DNA of 53,571 nt from Malacoraja senta. Its lineage: Eukaryota. Positions 38,568-50,402 of the stretch are shown one piece after another (positions within the stretch are counted from its first letter, which is position 1; every line of letters begins with the position of its first letter). A program made the position numbers and the translations under genes. Below the pieces are notes generated by a model. It saw only the letters and a list, made by a program, of their open reading frames with translations, was not told where the DNA came from and searched no databases. The DNA lies in contig JAXLNO010000233.1 of NCBI GenBank assembly GCA_038087875.1, positions 1-53,571 of the forward strand, in the 5' to 3' direction.

Positions 38568-39789
38568 GCAAGTTTTTGTTGCATTTTACAATCTAATGGT
38601 CTACATGACAAGTATACAGGTGAGTATTTAAAAAAAAGTACCAGTTCTGAAAAGTTGTAATAATGCAGTTCAGTTACATAAACATGAATGATTTCCAGCA
38701 ATATTACTATTTTGGAAGTGCTTCAAGAAGCCGTCATTTAAACATAATCTAAACAGGAATCTATGCATGGGGACAAATGTTCCCAAACAATGCATGTTTT
38801 ATGTGGGTAGCATAATCACAGAAAACTGATTAATTCTTAACCGCCTTATCATTTTCTTCAAAGAAAATTCTCTTTAGATCAGACATCAAAATGATCATAA
38901 GTTTCATCCATATGAACTCAAATTCGTTTAGTTGATAGGCAGAGGGCCTATTCACTTAAATAGGCGTTGTAAACATCCATCTGAATAGGTACGTTAACAG
39001 TTTCGAGAAAAGAGAGTGATACAGGAAGATCTGCAAAAAAATGTAAAAAGGCTAAAGTATAGATGTAATGCAAAGGCAAGTGCAAGAAAAAATAATTTCA
39101 GCAAGAACATAAATGGGTGGAAAATAAAGTTACAAAACAGGTATATAAAAAGGTGGTTAAAATGAAGTGAAATTAAGTTAAAATTTAAAAAGCAAAAGGT
39201 GCTATACCAGAGAGAACAAAAGGAGTGTTATAACAAATAAAGTATATTCCACAAAAACAACACAAGGATAAAAATCCTCACCATTGGAGGCAAAAACACC
39301 ACTAATAGCAGGAATAAGCCATTTGCCCTTTCTACCAACTCTGCCATTCAGTATGATGAATGCTGATCTATTGCCACTATCCCCAGGTAACACCACATCC
39401 CTGATTATCCAAAAATGTATACAGATCTCTTGCATTTATTTAGCGACTGAGACTTCATCGTCCTCCATGCTAGAAAATTCATTGTCTTCTGGGTGGAGAA
39501 ATACTTTCATCTGTCCTGAATAGCCAACCCCTTATTTTGATACTGACCAGTCCCTACGTTTGCTCCATCAAACCCCATGAGGATATTATTTGTATCAATT
39601 AGATAATTGCTCATTCTTCTAAAATACGGGAAAGGCCCTGCTTAATCTCTCCTTATATATATCTCTCTCTCTCTTTCTTTCCCCATCTACCTACCCTCCC
39701 CACCACAACCTAAAATCCTAGCTCAGAAGACAATCCAGTATAGATATTCATAAGAGTCCCTCTGTTTCAAATACAACTGCTGGATAGGG

Positions 39790-40500
39790 AAGATAGACAC
39801 AAAAATCTGGAGTAATTCAGTGGGACGCAGCATCTCTGGAGAGAAGGAATGGGTGACGTTTCGGATCGAGACCCTTTATCAGACTGGTTAGGGATAAGGG
39901 AAATGAGAGATATAGACAGTTATGTGAAGAGATAAAGAACAATGAATGAAAGATATGCAAAAAAAGTAACGATGATGAAGGAAACAGGCTGTTGTAAGCT
40001 GTTTGTAGGGTGAAAATGAGAAGTTAGTGCGAATTGGGTAGGGGAGGGCTAGAGAGAAAAGCAATGCCGGGGCTACCTGAAGTGAGAGAAATCAATATTC
40101 ATACCACTGGGCTGGAAGCTGCCCAAGCGAAATACGAGATGCTGTTCCTCCAATTTGCGTTTAGCCTCACTCTGACAATGGAGGAGACAGTGGACAGAAA
40201 GGTCTGTGTAGGAATGGGAAGGAGAATTAAAGTGTCCAGCAACTAGACATGCGCACGATATTTCAGGTACGGCTTCACCAGTGGTTTATATTACCGCACT
40301 AAAACATATTTATTCTTGCACTCCAGCCCTCTTGCAATAATGGGCGACGTTTCGGGTCAAGACCCTTCTTTAGACTGATGTTGGGTCTGGACCCGAAACG
40401 TTGCCCATTCCTTCTCTCCAGAGATGCTGCCTCACCCGCTGAGTTACTCCAGCATTTTGTGTCTACCTTCGATTTTACCAGCATCTGGCGTTCTTTCTTA
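39790..40500 (-). mobile_element. Penelope 3' fragment with pLTR, plus adjacent hairpin
   Basis: Reverse-complement similarity to 49520-49860; hairpin at 40340-40500. Confidence 0.75.
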
Positions 40501-40760
40501 CTCATATTTTTCCACACTATATTCCATTTTACGTGTCCTCAGTCAACTCTGTCCATATGCCCTTGAAGCCTTTTTGCATCCTCTTCACTAGTGCCCATGC
40601 TGCTACCCACCTTCTTTTCAGCAAACCTGAATATTTCATACTTGATCCCTCATCCAAATCATTGAGAAAGGTTGTGAACAGGTGGGACTCCCTGCATACA
40701 GACCTTCTATACAGACAAAGGTGAATAAGACTAAATGCTCATAATTTTCTGCCTGTGTAG

Positions 40761-40932
40761 ATCTTTTAATGGCATCACTAATGAAGATTCCATTTTACAA
40801 GAAATAAATCGTCTAGCAGAGGATCTCGACTCTCCTGAGCTGTTCCTGCAGGATACCTTTACTGTTGCTAGTTACAACAATCCTGCTGATCCAAACCGTC
40901 GAAATGAGATCTGGTTTATTCAGAGGCCTTGA
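40761..40932 (+). CDS. soul4: soul4-like terminal coding exon
   Basis: SFNGITNEDSILQEINRLAEDL...VASYNNPADPNRRNEIWFIQRP*; the RRNEIW motif is diagnostic of SOUL/HEBP; the five exons sum to 804 nt in frame. Confidence 0.92.
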
Positions 40933-41070
40933 GCAAATAGTTCATATCTGGCACAGACCTTGTATAAAGCTTATTTTGTGAAAATGTGTGTGTAACATGT
41001 GATGGTACAAGCTAATGCAAAAACTTGCATCAATTGAAATCTGTCACATGAATATAACAAGAATATAACA

Positions 41071-41076
41071 ATTAAA
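41071..41076 (+). terminator. Candidate polyadenylation signal (ATTAAA) of the soul4-like gene
   Basis: ATTAAA about 140 nt after the stop; a second one at 41202. Confidence 0.35.
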
Positions 41077-41508
41077 AATACAGATTAATGTAGTATGAAT
41101 TTGCCATGAATAGTTAATCATCGCACCATCCATCCACACTGTCTATAACATGTCTGCAGTTCCCACCTTGACTTAATTATTTTATAACTCTCAGAACACA
41201 AATTAAAGCATATCATCTTTGATCTTAAGGTACTACTCAAGAAAAAGATGACAGTATCATTCACCTCAACAATAGCAATTTCAGTTTCAGTTTATTGTCA
41301 TGTGTACAGAGGTACCGTGAAAAGCTTATCTAGCATGCTTTAATGTTATTATGAAGCAATTGTAGTTACACATGCACAGGGCAGGATCACTCAATTCAAA
41401 ATTCCCCCAAAATAATGAGTTGATTTATTTCAGCTAGCTCATTTAATTTGAGTGGGAATGATCATAATTGGAACTTAATTGTTGGTCCTACACCAACGCT
41501 TATCTTAA

Positions 41509-42210
41509 AGGGCCTGTCCCACTTGGGCGACCTAATCGGCGAGTTAAGAAGAGTGTCTTCGACCTTCCAGCTCGAGGGCACTCGCCTGGAAAGCCTCGAG
41601 CTGGATCGACCGTCCGCGTTGAAACCGCGAGCTGCATCGACCGACCGCGCACACACACACACAAACACATCGCGAAGGCTGGGGCCAGGGAAAGCGGAGG
41701 AGCGCCGTCTGAACGGCTGCACAGTAACGGTAAGTCCTTTAGAGAGTGCAGGGGGGGGGGAGAAGGAAGAGAAGGGGGGGGGGGTAGGGAGAAGGAGTGG
41801 AGACACGTTTAAGAAGTTTAATAAAGTTTAGCGGGCATTTTACCTACCGGTAGGTCTTCCTAGGTCCTGAAACTCCAATGAGCCAATCAAAATGCCCGGT
41901 CAGCGAAGGAGATTGCCTACGGCTGCCCTCGACTGCCTGTAAGTAAAAAGCGACCCCAATCCACTGCACTACGAGTTTAAAAGACCCATGCCGACCAAAT
42001 TTTACTTGAGGAAAATTTTTCAACATGCTGAAAATTTTTCCGCGGCCTAGCTGAGTTCACGAGTATTCGGGAACTTCCCTCGAGCATGAAGGAGAGTTCC
42101 AGCCACCTCATAGGACCTCCTACAACCACGTGTCAACCATGCTGCGAGTTTGAAAGTCAAAGACACTCTTCTTAACTCTCAGATTAGGTCACCCAAGTGG
42201 GACAGGCCCT
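41509..42210. mobile_element. PIF/Harbinger non-autonomous element
   Basis: About 51-bp TIRs AGGGCCTGTCCCACTTGGG... with 3 mismatches; TAA TSD on both sides. Confidence 0.88.
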
Positions 42211-44213
42211 TAACACTTTACATCAAAACAGACAACTTCTTGAGGTACAATGCCCAAAATGATTTCCAAGACTGCATAGTGTATACATAATTTGCCTTCA
42301 CTATAAAAACTAAACCTGATTTTTAAACAATTAATATAAAATAATGAATAAAAGAAACATCAATTATGTTTAAAATGCAGCGATAGGATAAGGGAAATGC
42401 ATAAGGAAAAATGCAGGTGGAGCATAGGAGCAGCCATGTGGCCCAGAGCCTAAGCCAAGACTCAGAGGAGGAGGAAACAAGAGCATCGGAGGTCATTGAA
42501 AGAAAATGCAAACAGAACACTGACTGCTCAGATCAGAGCAGCTTCAAATCAGTGGAGCTATGGGAGTGTTGCACTACCCACAGTGCGACTTGTTGTTTAA
42601 AGCAAAATATTTTTGAGAGATGGTAAAACGAGTCATAAGAAAAATAATTCTTAATTAAAATCTTGGTGTTATATGAATTCTCTCTCCTGGCATGGCACAA
42701 TAGTTCTGCAAGCACTGCAACTGCCCCACAGCTCAAGCAACCTAGGTTTGATTCTGAACTCCAATGTTTTCAGTACAGAGTTTGCAAGTTCTGCCTGTAA
42801 CCTAATAGATTTCCATGGGTGATCTAGTTTGCTCGCCCATTCGGGAAACGTGCTGCCAGAGCAGGTGGGTGCTAATGGGCATGTATGAGAGAATAGATTG
42901 CATAGAAGCAATTTGAAGAACGGAATTGTACTGACAGCTAGCCGAGACTCAGTGGATCAACCCTGCTCACGCCTCAAATCCTTTCAAGTCAGAAGATAAA
43001 ATATCAATGATAACACTTTTCACTATAGCTGGAATATAACAGATTGCACATAACTTATTTACCTATAATTAATCTCATGTTGGTGGATGGCAAATTATAG
43101 AAACATTTAAAGGAGTACAATATGGTAGTAACATTTACTTGTCAACCTACATCTCCTGCACTATAATTGGACTTTTTTTAAATTCATCTTTCATCTTGGA
43201 TAGACCAAACAGCATTAAGGGTCAAATGAGAAACTGCAAAATTAGCATTTGCCTCAGAGCCAGAACAGATTCTCCTCATTCTGGATGCTTTGCCTATCTT
43301 ATCCTATTTAAACCATATTATGCAGAATTTGTATGGCGATTATGTAATGTTTAGTTGTTTACTAAACCAAACAATAGATAGTGGCAAATTGGTCACACCT
43401 TAGTTCATATTTATGAATTAAATATAACTAATGACAAACGATTCACTTTGGTGGAACATAGCAAAAACAAACAATAACTTATTCTTTCACTCTCCACAAA
43501 TGTTAACATTGATGAATTACATTTTTGTAAAGATAAAACAAACTGTCTAAATAAAAATATATTTTGAAATTCTTTCATCAATAAGTTGCATTTACTCAGA
43601 CACTTAATAAACTACCATCAACCAAAAAACATGATGCTGTGTCACTGAGAAATATATCAATTCCATCAACCAAAAAGCATGGCCAAAGGTTTAAGATCCA
43701 TCTTCAAGGAGAGACATGTAGAAGTTTTTGAAAGTGTGGGGGCAGGGAAGAAAAAAAATTAGGAAAAAAAACACCAATGCAGATAAAAACATAACTGGTA
43801 GAATTATTAATATCAGGAATATGCAAGAGGTCACAATTGGAGCAGCAAGAAATGCTGAGACAGTAGTGGTTGGGATAATTGGGAAGTGATAGGTCACGAT
43901 GGACAAGGATTTTAAAATTGATTGATTGGCGCAGTGGACTCGATGGGCCGAATGGCCTGATTCTACTCTTATAACATGAACTTGTATATAAATGAAAATG
44001 AATATATTAAGCGTTGAAAAGTTCAAAAATTTGAAATGAAAATTAAGTGAATCTATTTCAAAATGCCAAAAAAAATCAAAAAGACTGGAAAGACAACTTT
44101 TAAAAGAATGGAAGATGGAGTAAAATTTTAGTAGTCTGGCATTTCACTGTTCACCTCAGATTCCACTCAAGCCAAATAACTTCTGTCCTTGTCAAGAGAA
44201 AAATAAAACTCAC

Positions 44214-44372
44214 CTGTAGGTATAAAGACTGAACAGCAATCAGCTCAGGACCCAAAGGAAGAACAAACTTCTCAACATGTCGCTGGTGAGAGTACGGTTG
44301 GATATCTATTGAATCTTCAGACCTGACCTCCAGACGTGAAATCATCAGGTTTGAAATTACTTGCTGTACAGC
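44214..44372 (-). CDS. FANCM: FANCM coding exon 4
   Basis: AVQQVISNLMISRLEVRSEDSIDIQPYSHQRHVEKFVLPLGPELIAVQSLYLQ; cag/gtgagt; 159 bp, same as human exon 4. Confidence 0.95.
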
Positions 44373-45199
44373 CTGTCACAACAAGAACAATTACATAATA
44401 TGAGCATATCAAATAGCAGAAAGTTCTCCTGCCAAGCCTGCCAAATTCCTCAAAGAAAAAAATCATTGACATTTTCACCATTCCAGTTACCTACCTCTCC
44501 CTAACTCCACGAAGCGAATCCATTCCCCAGATTCCCCTACCAGGCATTTCATCCAAAGCCAGTTTCCCTGTTGGCTCCTCTGCACCCCGATCTTGCCTCA
44601 CTTCCATCAAACATTGCAATTCAAATAATATTTTCATTACCTCTGCACGTAGTTCCCTTGCACTGCACCATTTTCAAACCTTTTATTACTTCCCTTTAAA
44701 AAAACAACTATTGCTCTTCCAAATTGTTACGCAAAGATTTGTTATGCAAACATTTAACCTTTCCATTAAAGCCATAAACAGATTGCCAATTCATCTGACA
44801 TCTTTTGAAATCTTTTCAGTTGGATGATCAACTCGTGTCAGAAATGTTTCAGTGCTTTTTGTATAATAGTTTTGTATTATTACAATTGTGTATTATAATA
44901 ATTATTATATTATAATTCTGTATAACGAACCACCTAACACAACTTTTTGCCCCAGCAGTTTTTTCTAGTGTTGTACAATTTGTAGAGACTATCTTTATCC
45001 GGTTCCATGCATTCAGACACAGCATCACCAGGAGGTAAATGCACTCAACCTTTTTCCCCCAGGGTAGGGGAATCAAGGATGAGTTGGGAGATATTTAATA
45101 GGAATCTGAGGAGGCAACCTTTTCACACAGAGGGTGGAATGCATGCAGAACAAGCTGCCAGATGAAATGATTGAGATAAGTACAATAACAGCAGACTCT

Positions 45200-46375
45200 T
45201 GCCCAGAGTAGGGGAAATCGAGAACAAGAAGACATGGGTTTACGGTGAAGGGGGAAAAGAGGGTGTGTCCGAGGTGAGACTCGTCCCCAATTATGCTGGT
45301 GGCCTTGCTGAGGAGGTTGGTTTGTGTGACGGTCTGGGCTGCGTCCACAATTCCCTGCAATTTCTTGTGTTCTTGGATGAAGCTGTTCCCAAACCTTGCT
45401 GTGATGCATCCTGATAAAATGCTTTCTATGGTGCATGTGTAGAAGTTGGTGAGAGTTGTTGGTGTCATGCTAAAAGGAAGTAGAGGCAATGTTGTGCTTT
45501 ATTGGCCATTGCTTCGTTATGGCTGGTCCAGGACAAGTTTCTGCTGATATTTACTCCTAGGAACTTGAAACTTTCAATCATCTTTATATCAGCACTGGCA
45601 ATTACAATATCCTTTTTCTTGCTGACATAATTGAAAAGATTGTTATCATGGCACCAGGTTATGAGGTTCTCAATCTCCTTCCTGAACTGTGTCTCATCAT
45701 TATTTGATATCTGGCCCACAACGGCGGTGTCATCTGTGAGTTTGTAAATTCAGTTTGATTTGTATATGTTTGCACAGTCTTGGGTGTATAAGGAGTAAAG
45801 AAGGCTGCTGAGAACGCATCCCTGCTGGGCACCAGTGTTAAGGAATGTTGTAGGGCAGGGTCGGCAACCTACGGCCCCCGGGCCGGCAAACTACGGCCTC
45901 CGGGCCGAATGCGGCCTGTAGCCCGAAATCATCCGGCCCGCTTGCAGATTTTTTTCCCCTGTAATCATCCGGCCCGCCGAGCGCGGCCGAGTGCCGAGCT
46001 CTGGCTGTACCGCATCCTGCACAATGCTGCCAGCACGGGCACGCTTCTTCTGTGAACACCTTTAAGAATGAACTGCAGATGCTGGAAAAATCGAAGGTAG
46101 ACAAAAATGCTGGAGAAACTCAGCAGGTGAGACATGCAAGGATTGCATAAGGCTGCCTCACCTGCTGCGTTTCTCCAGCATTTTTGGCTACCTTCTGTGA
46201 ACACGTGATTTGATGCCTGCCATCTGGGGCAGGATCCATGTGTACACATGATAGATGTGGCCCGCCATCTGCTCACAGACATGCGTCCTGGCCCCTATGC
46301 AGAACAAGGTTGCCGACACTATTGTAGGGGATGATAATGCAGCCTTGACATCTGGCAAAGTGGCCTTGCAGGGCA
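45200..46375 (-). mobile_element. Rex1-like LINE fragment interrupted by a hAT MITE
   Basis: Minus ORFs TLTNFYTCTIESILSGCIT and IESFKFLGVNISRNLSWT. Confidence 0.75.
45856..46321. mobile_element. hAT/Charlie-like MITE
   Basis: TIR CAGGGTCGGCAACCT / TAGTGTCGGCAACCT; perfect 8-bp TSD TTGTAGGG; contains a Penelope hairpin with 13-bp TSD. Confidence 0.85.
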
Positions 46376-46656
46376 TGAACTGTTGCCCATAATGAGATTT
46401 ATAGATATGTTGATTTTAATATCCAAAGAGAAGCACTTTAGAGGCTGCATTCATGAAAAAGAAAGCTAAACCTTGAAAAAATATTTTCAAATACTGAAAC
46501 TGTGACGTCTCCTAAAGCAGACATTCTTCATCTCTACAATAGTTGTACCTTCAATGTCCTTCTGCTATGATTTTATCCTTTGTGCAATTATCTGGTCAGA
46601 AAAAGGATGAATTCCATTATAATTCATATATTATATAGTTTGTGTAAGTAACTAAC

Positions 46657-46734
46657 CTTTATGTCCCCACCAGGCGTGGCAGTCAAGGCCAGAACACGGA
46701 ACTGATGTGTATAGTTGCATAGCTCCTTAATAAC
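46657..46734 (-). CDS. FANCM: FANCM coding exon 3 (helicase motif III, TAT)
   Basis: VIKELCNYTHQFRVLALTATPGGDIK; ttaaag/gttagt boundaries; 78 bp, same as human exon 3. Confidence 0.95.
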
Positions 46735-46834
46735 CTTTAATCGAAAAAGTGAACATTATTAAAAAACTTAAATCATAAGATGTCACTCACAAGAAACAAA
46801 GTAGTTACATATATATTATTGAATTGTACTGTAC

Positions 46835-47007
46835 CTGGCAATAAGCATAATTTCCTAGTGCCTTATGTGCTTCATCCACCACCAAACACTTCACATCAGT
46901 AGCTGGACAAGCTCCTCGAGAAAGGTCATTCATCATAACCTGTGGTGTGAGGAAGAAAACGCGCCTGGTATTCCAAATATTCTGGCGATTCAATGCCTGT
47001 GTGTGTC
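46835..47007 (-). CDS. FANCM: FANCM coding exon 2 (DEAH helicase motif II)
   Basis: Translates (G)HTQALNRQNIWNTRRVFFLTPQVMMNDLSRGACPATDVKCLVVDEAHKALGNYAYCQ; flanked by AG/GT; 173 bp, same as human exon 2. Confidence 0.96.
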
Positions 47008-47800
47008 CTGAAAGATTTATGGAATACTTATTGGATATTAATTTTGGTTCATACAATTTTATAAAATTAACATCCAGCTTGCTGCAATAACTGCCAACTA
47101 ATGACATTTGTACAAAATTGCATTGACATGCGGGCATTAGAAAACCAACAGTCAAAGCCAAAGTGCATGGTCCAGATGTAGATTTGATTCTCATTTTTGC
47201 TGAGGTTTCAAATCAGTTGCACAAAATAACATTTTAAATCTTCCTCAGTTTTCTTTTACCAGCTTTGGGACACTGGAAACAGATTACTTGCCCCTCCTAT
47301 CGACAGCATGTCAAGGTGGGTAGCTTGAAGATTTAGATAATGTTTCAAAATGCACTTTAAAAAAATCACAAACATATCAGTTGCTTGCCTCCAAAAGAAA
47401 AATCAGGAAACATAAATGAAGATCGGGAGGTAACACAATTTCTTGTTTCATATTTTTCAGAATTTTGAACTATAAAATAATTGAAAGAGTGATCTTAACT
47501 TGAGTTAATTATAGCTGATAAAATAAATTCACAGGCAACCCTATTTGAGAATTCTCTTAATCATGGTATCTTTCATTCACCAAATACTGAAATTTGCATA
47601 AAATTCAGTAAAACACAAATAAAAATGCTTTTTCCTGTTAGGTTTCTCAATCTGGTTGTTATCAACTATTTATTTTGAGCATTTAATCATTATGGAAAAT
47701 GGACATGAAATCAATGTTCTGTTCACGAGCATCAATTATTAAAACATAACATACTAACATAAATTTACATGAATCTGATGTAAAAGAACAAAACTCATCA

Positions 47801-47993
47801 AAGATAGACACAAAAAGCTGGAGTAACTCAGCGGGACAGGCAGCATCTCTGGAGAGGAGGAAAGGGTGAAGAAGGGTCTCGACCCAAAACATCACCCTTT
47901 CCTTCTCTCCAGAGATGCTGCCTGTCCCGTTGAGTTACTCCAGCTTCTTGTGTCTATCTTCGGTTTAAACCAGCATCTGCAGTTTCTTCTTAC
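47801..47993. mobile_element. Penelope-derived hairpin
   Basis: Near-perfect inverted arms; TSD ACAAAACT(C/G)ATCA. Confidence 0.78.
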
Positions 47994-48624
47994 ACAAAAC
48001 TGATCAGTCTCAGTGCGAAAATGTTACAACACAATTTGCATATTCACAATAATCTGACCAAGTGCAATAAGTAGATCCTGAGACATCATTTGCAGCAGGA
48101 AAAAAAGTTACTTTGCTGATGAATCATTAAGAATAATTTACAACAAACCGATGTCCCAAATTTATCGTCAAAACAATTTTAGAGAGTCGATTGCCTCCCT
48201 TTATGGAATTCCAATTACCATGCCAGGGCTCGAAATTAACGGTTGCCCGGGTGCCAATGGCCACCTAAAGTCCCGCCGGGCAACCTAAAAGCCGTGTCAT
48301 TTTGCCCGGCTTGGCAAGCACCCGGGACACCTATCGTGCAACTCTGAGCGGGCCCCCCTCTCTATCTCTCTCTCTGTCACTCTCCGTCTCCGCCCGCCAT
48401 CCGTGTCAGAGGGGGACTCTGAGTAAGATGGCCAAAAATCACAGCCGTAAGTGGCAGCGTTTTTTCTAAAATCAATATACAGAACAGGAAGTGGTCAAGA
48501 TCAGACTTTTAGTAATATATAGTTAGATATACAGTATCTCAACTCTTTTTACACGTTGCAATAAATGCAATTTCTATTATTTCTTTCCACTTCCAAACAA
48601 AAATGTGGTTGGAATATTCAGCAT

Positions 48625-49864
48625 ATGATCAACCTCGGTGAGACCAAGTGCATCCTTTCCGATCGCTTTGTACAACACCTCCACTCAGTTCGCAATAACC
48701 AACCTGATCTCCCGGTGACACATTCCTATCAACTTGTTGACATGGCAATAAACTTCTTGAATCTTGAATCTTGAATCTTAGCACTTCAATTCCCCCTCCC
48801 ATTCCGAATCCGACCTTTCTGTCCTGGGCCTCCTCCATGGCCAGAGTGAGGCCCACCGCAAATTGGAGGAACAGCACCTCATATTTCGCTTCGGTAGTTT
48901 ACACCCCAGTGGTATGAACATTGGCTTCTCCAATTTCAGGTAGTCCTTGCGTTCTCCCTCCTTCCCCTCCCATTCCCAGCTCTCCCACAGCCTACTGTCT
49001 CCGCCTCTTCCTTTCTTTTTCCCTTTCTCCCCCCCCCCCGCCCCCGAGATCAGTCTGAAGAAGGGTCTCAACCCGAAATGTCGCCTATTCCTTCGCTCCA
49101 TAGATGCTGCCTCACCCGCTGATTTTCTCCAGCTTTTTTGTCTACCAACGGGATCCCACCACTGGCCACATCTTCCCATCTCCTCTCCTGTCGGCTTTCC
49201 GCAGAGACTGCTCCCTCCGTAACTCCCTGGTCAATTCGTCCCTTCCCACCCAAACCACCCCCTCTCCTGGCACTTTCCCTTGCAACCGCAGGAAATGCTA
49301 CACTTGTCGCTTTACCTCCCCCCTTGACTTCATTCAAGGACCCAAGCAGTCTTTCCAGGTGTGGCAGAGGTTCACCTGCACCTCCTCCAACCTCATCTAT
49401 TGCATCCGCTGCTCTAGGTGTCAGCTGCTCTACATCGGTGAGACCAAGCGTAGGCTTGGCGATCGCTTCGCCCAACACCTCCGCTCGGTTCGCAATAACC
49501 AACCTGATCTCCCAGTGGCTCAGCACTTCAACTCCCCCTCCCATTCCGAATCCGACCTTTCTGTCCTGGGCCTCCTCCATGGCCACGTAAATTGGAGGAG
49601 CAGCACCTCATATTTCGCTTGGGCAGTTTACACCCCAGCGGTATGAACATTGACTTATCCAATTTCAGGTAGTCCCTGCTTTCTCCTCCCCTTCCCAGCT
49701 CTCCCTCAGCTCACTGTCTCAGCCTCTTCCTTTCTTCTTCCCGCTCCCCCCTCCCCCACCGTCACATCAGTCTGAAGAAGGTTCTCGACCCAAAATGTCG
49801 CTTATTTCCTTCACTCCATAGATGCTGCCTCACCCGCTGAGTTTCTCCAGCATTTTTGTCTACC
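48625..49864 (+). mobile_element. Penelope-like element 3' region, partial tandem with two pLTRs
   Basis: GIY-YIG endonuclease NLIYCIRCSRCQLLYIGETKRRLGDRFAQH...VAQHF; 48625-49145 repeats 49430-49864. Confidence 0.9.
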
Positions 49865-49877
49865 CATTCACACAAGG

Positions 49878-50402
49878 TCTGTTATCCCACTTTCCTCACC
49901 CACTCTCTACACATTTGGGGTAATTTTAGAGACAAGTTAACCTACAAAGCCAATGCGTCTTTGGGATGTGGGAGGAAACCCACACGATTGCAGGGGAAAT
50001 GTGCAAATTCAACACGGACAGTGCCCGAGGACAGGATCGAACACAGATCTCTGACATGTGAGGCAGGAAGTCTATCAGCTGTGCCACTATATTTTGTTTT
50101 CCAACACACACAAAAATTATACGTTGATAACTGGTTACTAACAAAAAAATAAACTATCCATTTTCAGTCTTAAATCTCTAAGTGACGCTATGTCCCCCCT
50201 TTACAGCTACTGTATGCTTTAATTCAGTTCAAGACTATGGGGCAGTACATTGGCCATAAAGTTGCTGCCTAAAAGTGCCAGAGACCCGGAATTGATCCTG
50301 AATATGGGTGCTGTCAGTATGGAGTTTGCTCCTTTTCCCCTTTGATCGCATGGGGTTTTCTCCGGGTGCTCTTGTTTCCTTCCATATTCCAAAGGTGTGC
50401 AG
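49878..50402. mobile_element. Two V-SINE fragments (minus 49878-50090, plus 50238-50402)
   Basis: V-domain and tRNA-like head similar to 33872-34185. Confidence 0.6.

Noticed and set aside
42411..42626. Short acidic ORF (SQDSEEEETR)
   Set aside because: No recognisable homology or convincing splice signals
48223..48600. hAT-like left end CAGGGCTCGAAATTAAC
   Set aside because: No matching right TIR or TSD found, so boundaries cannot be supported
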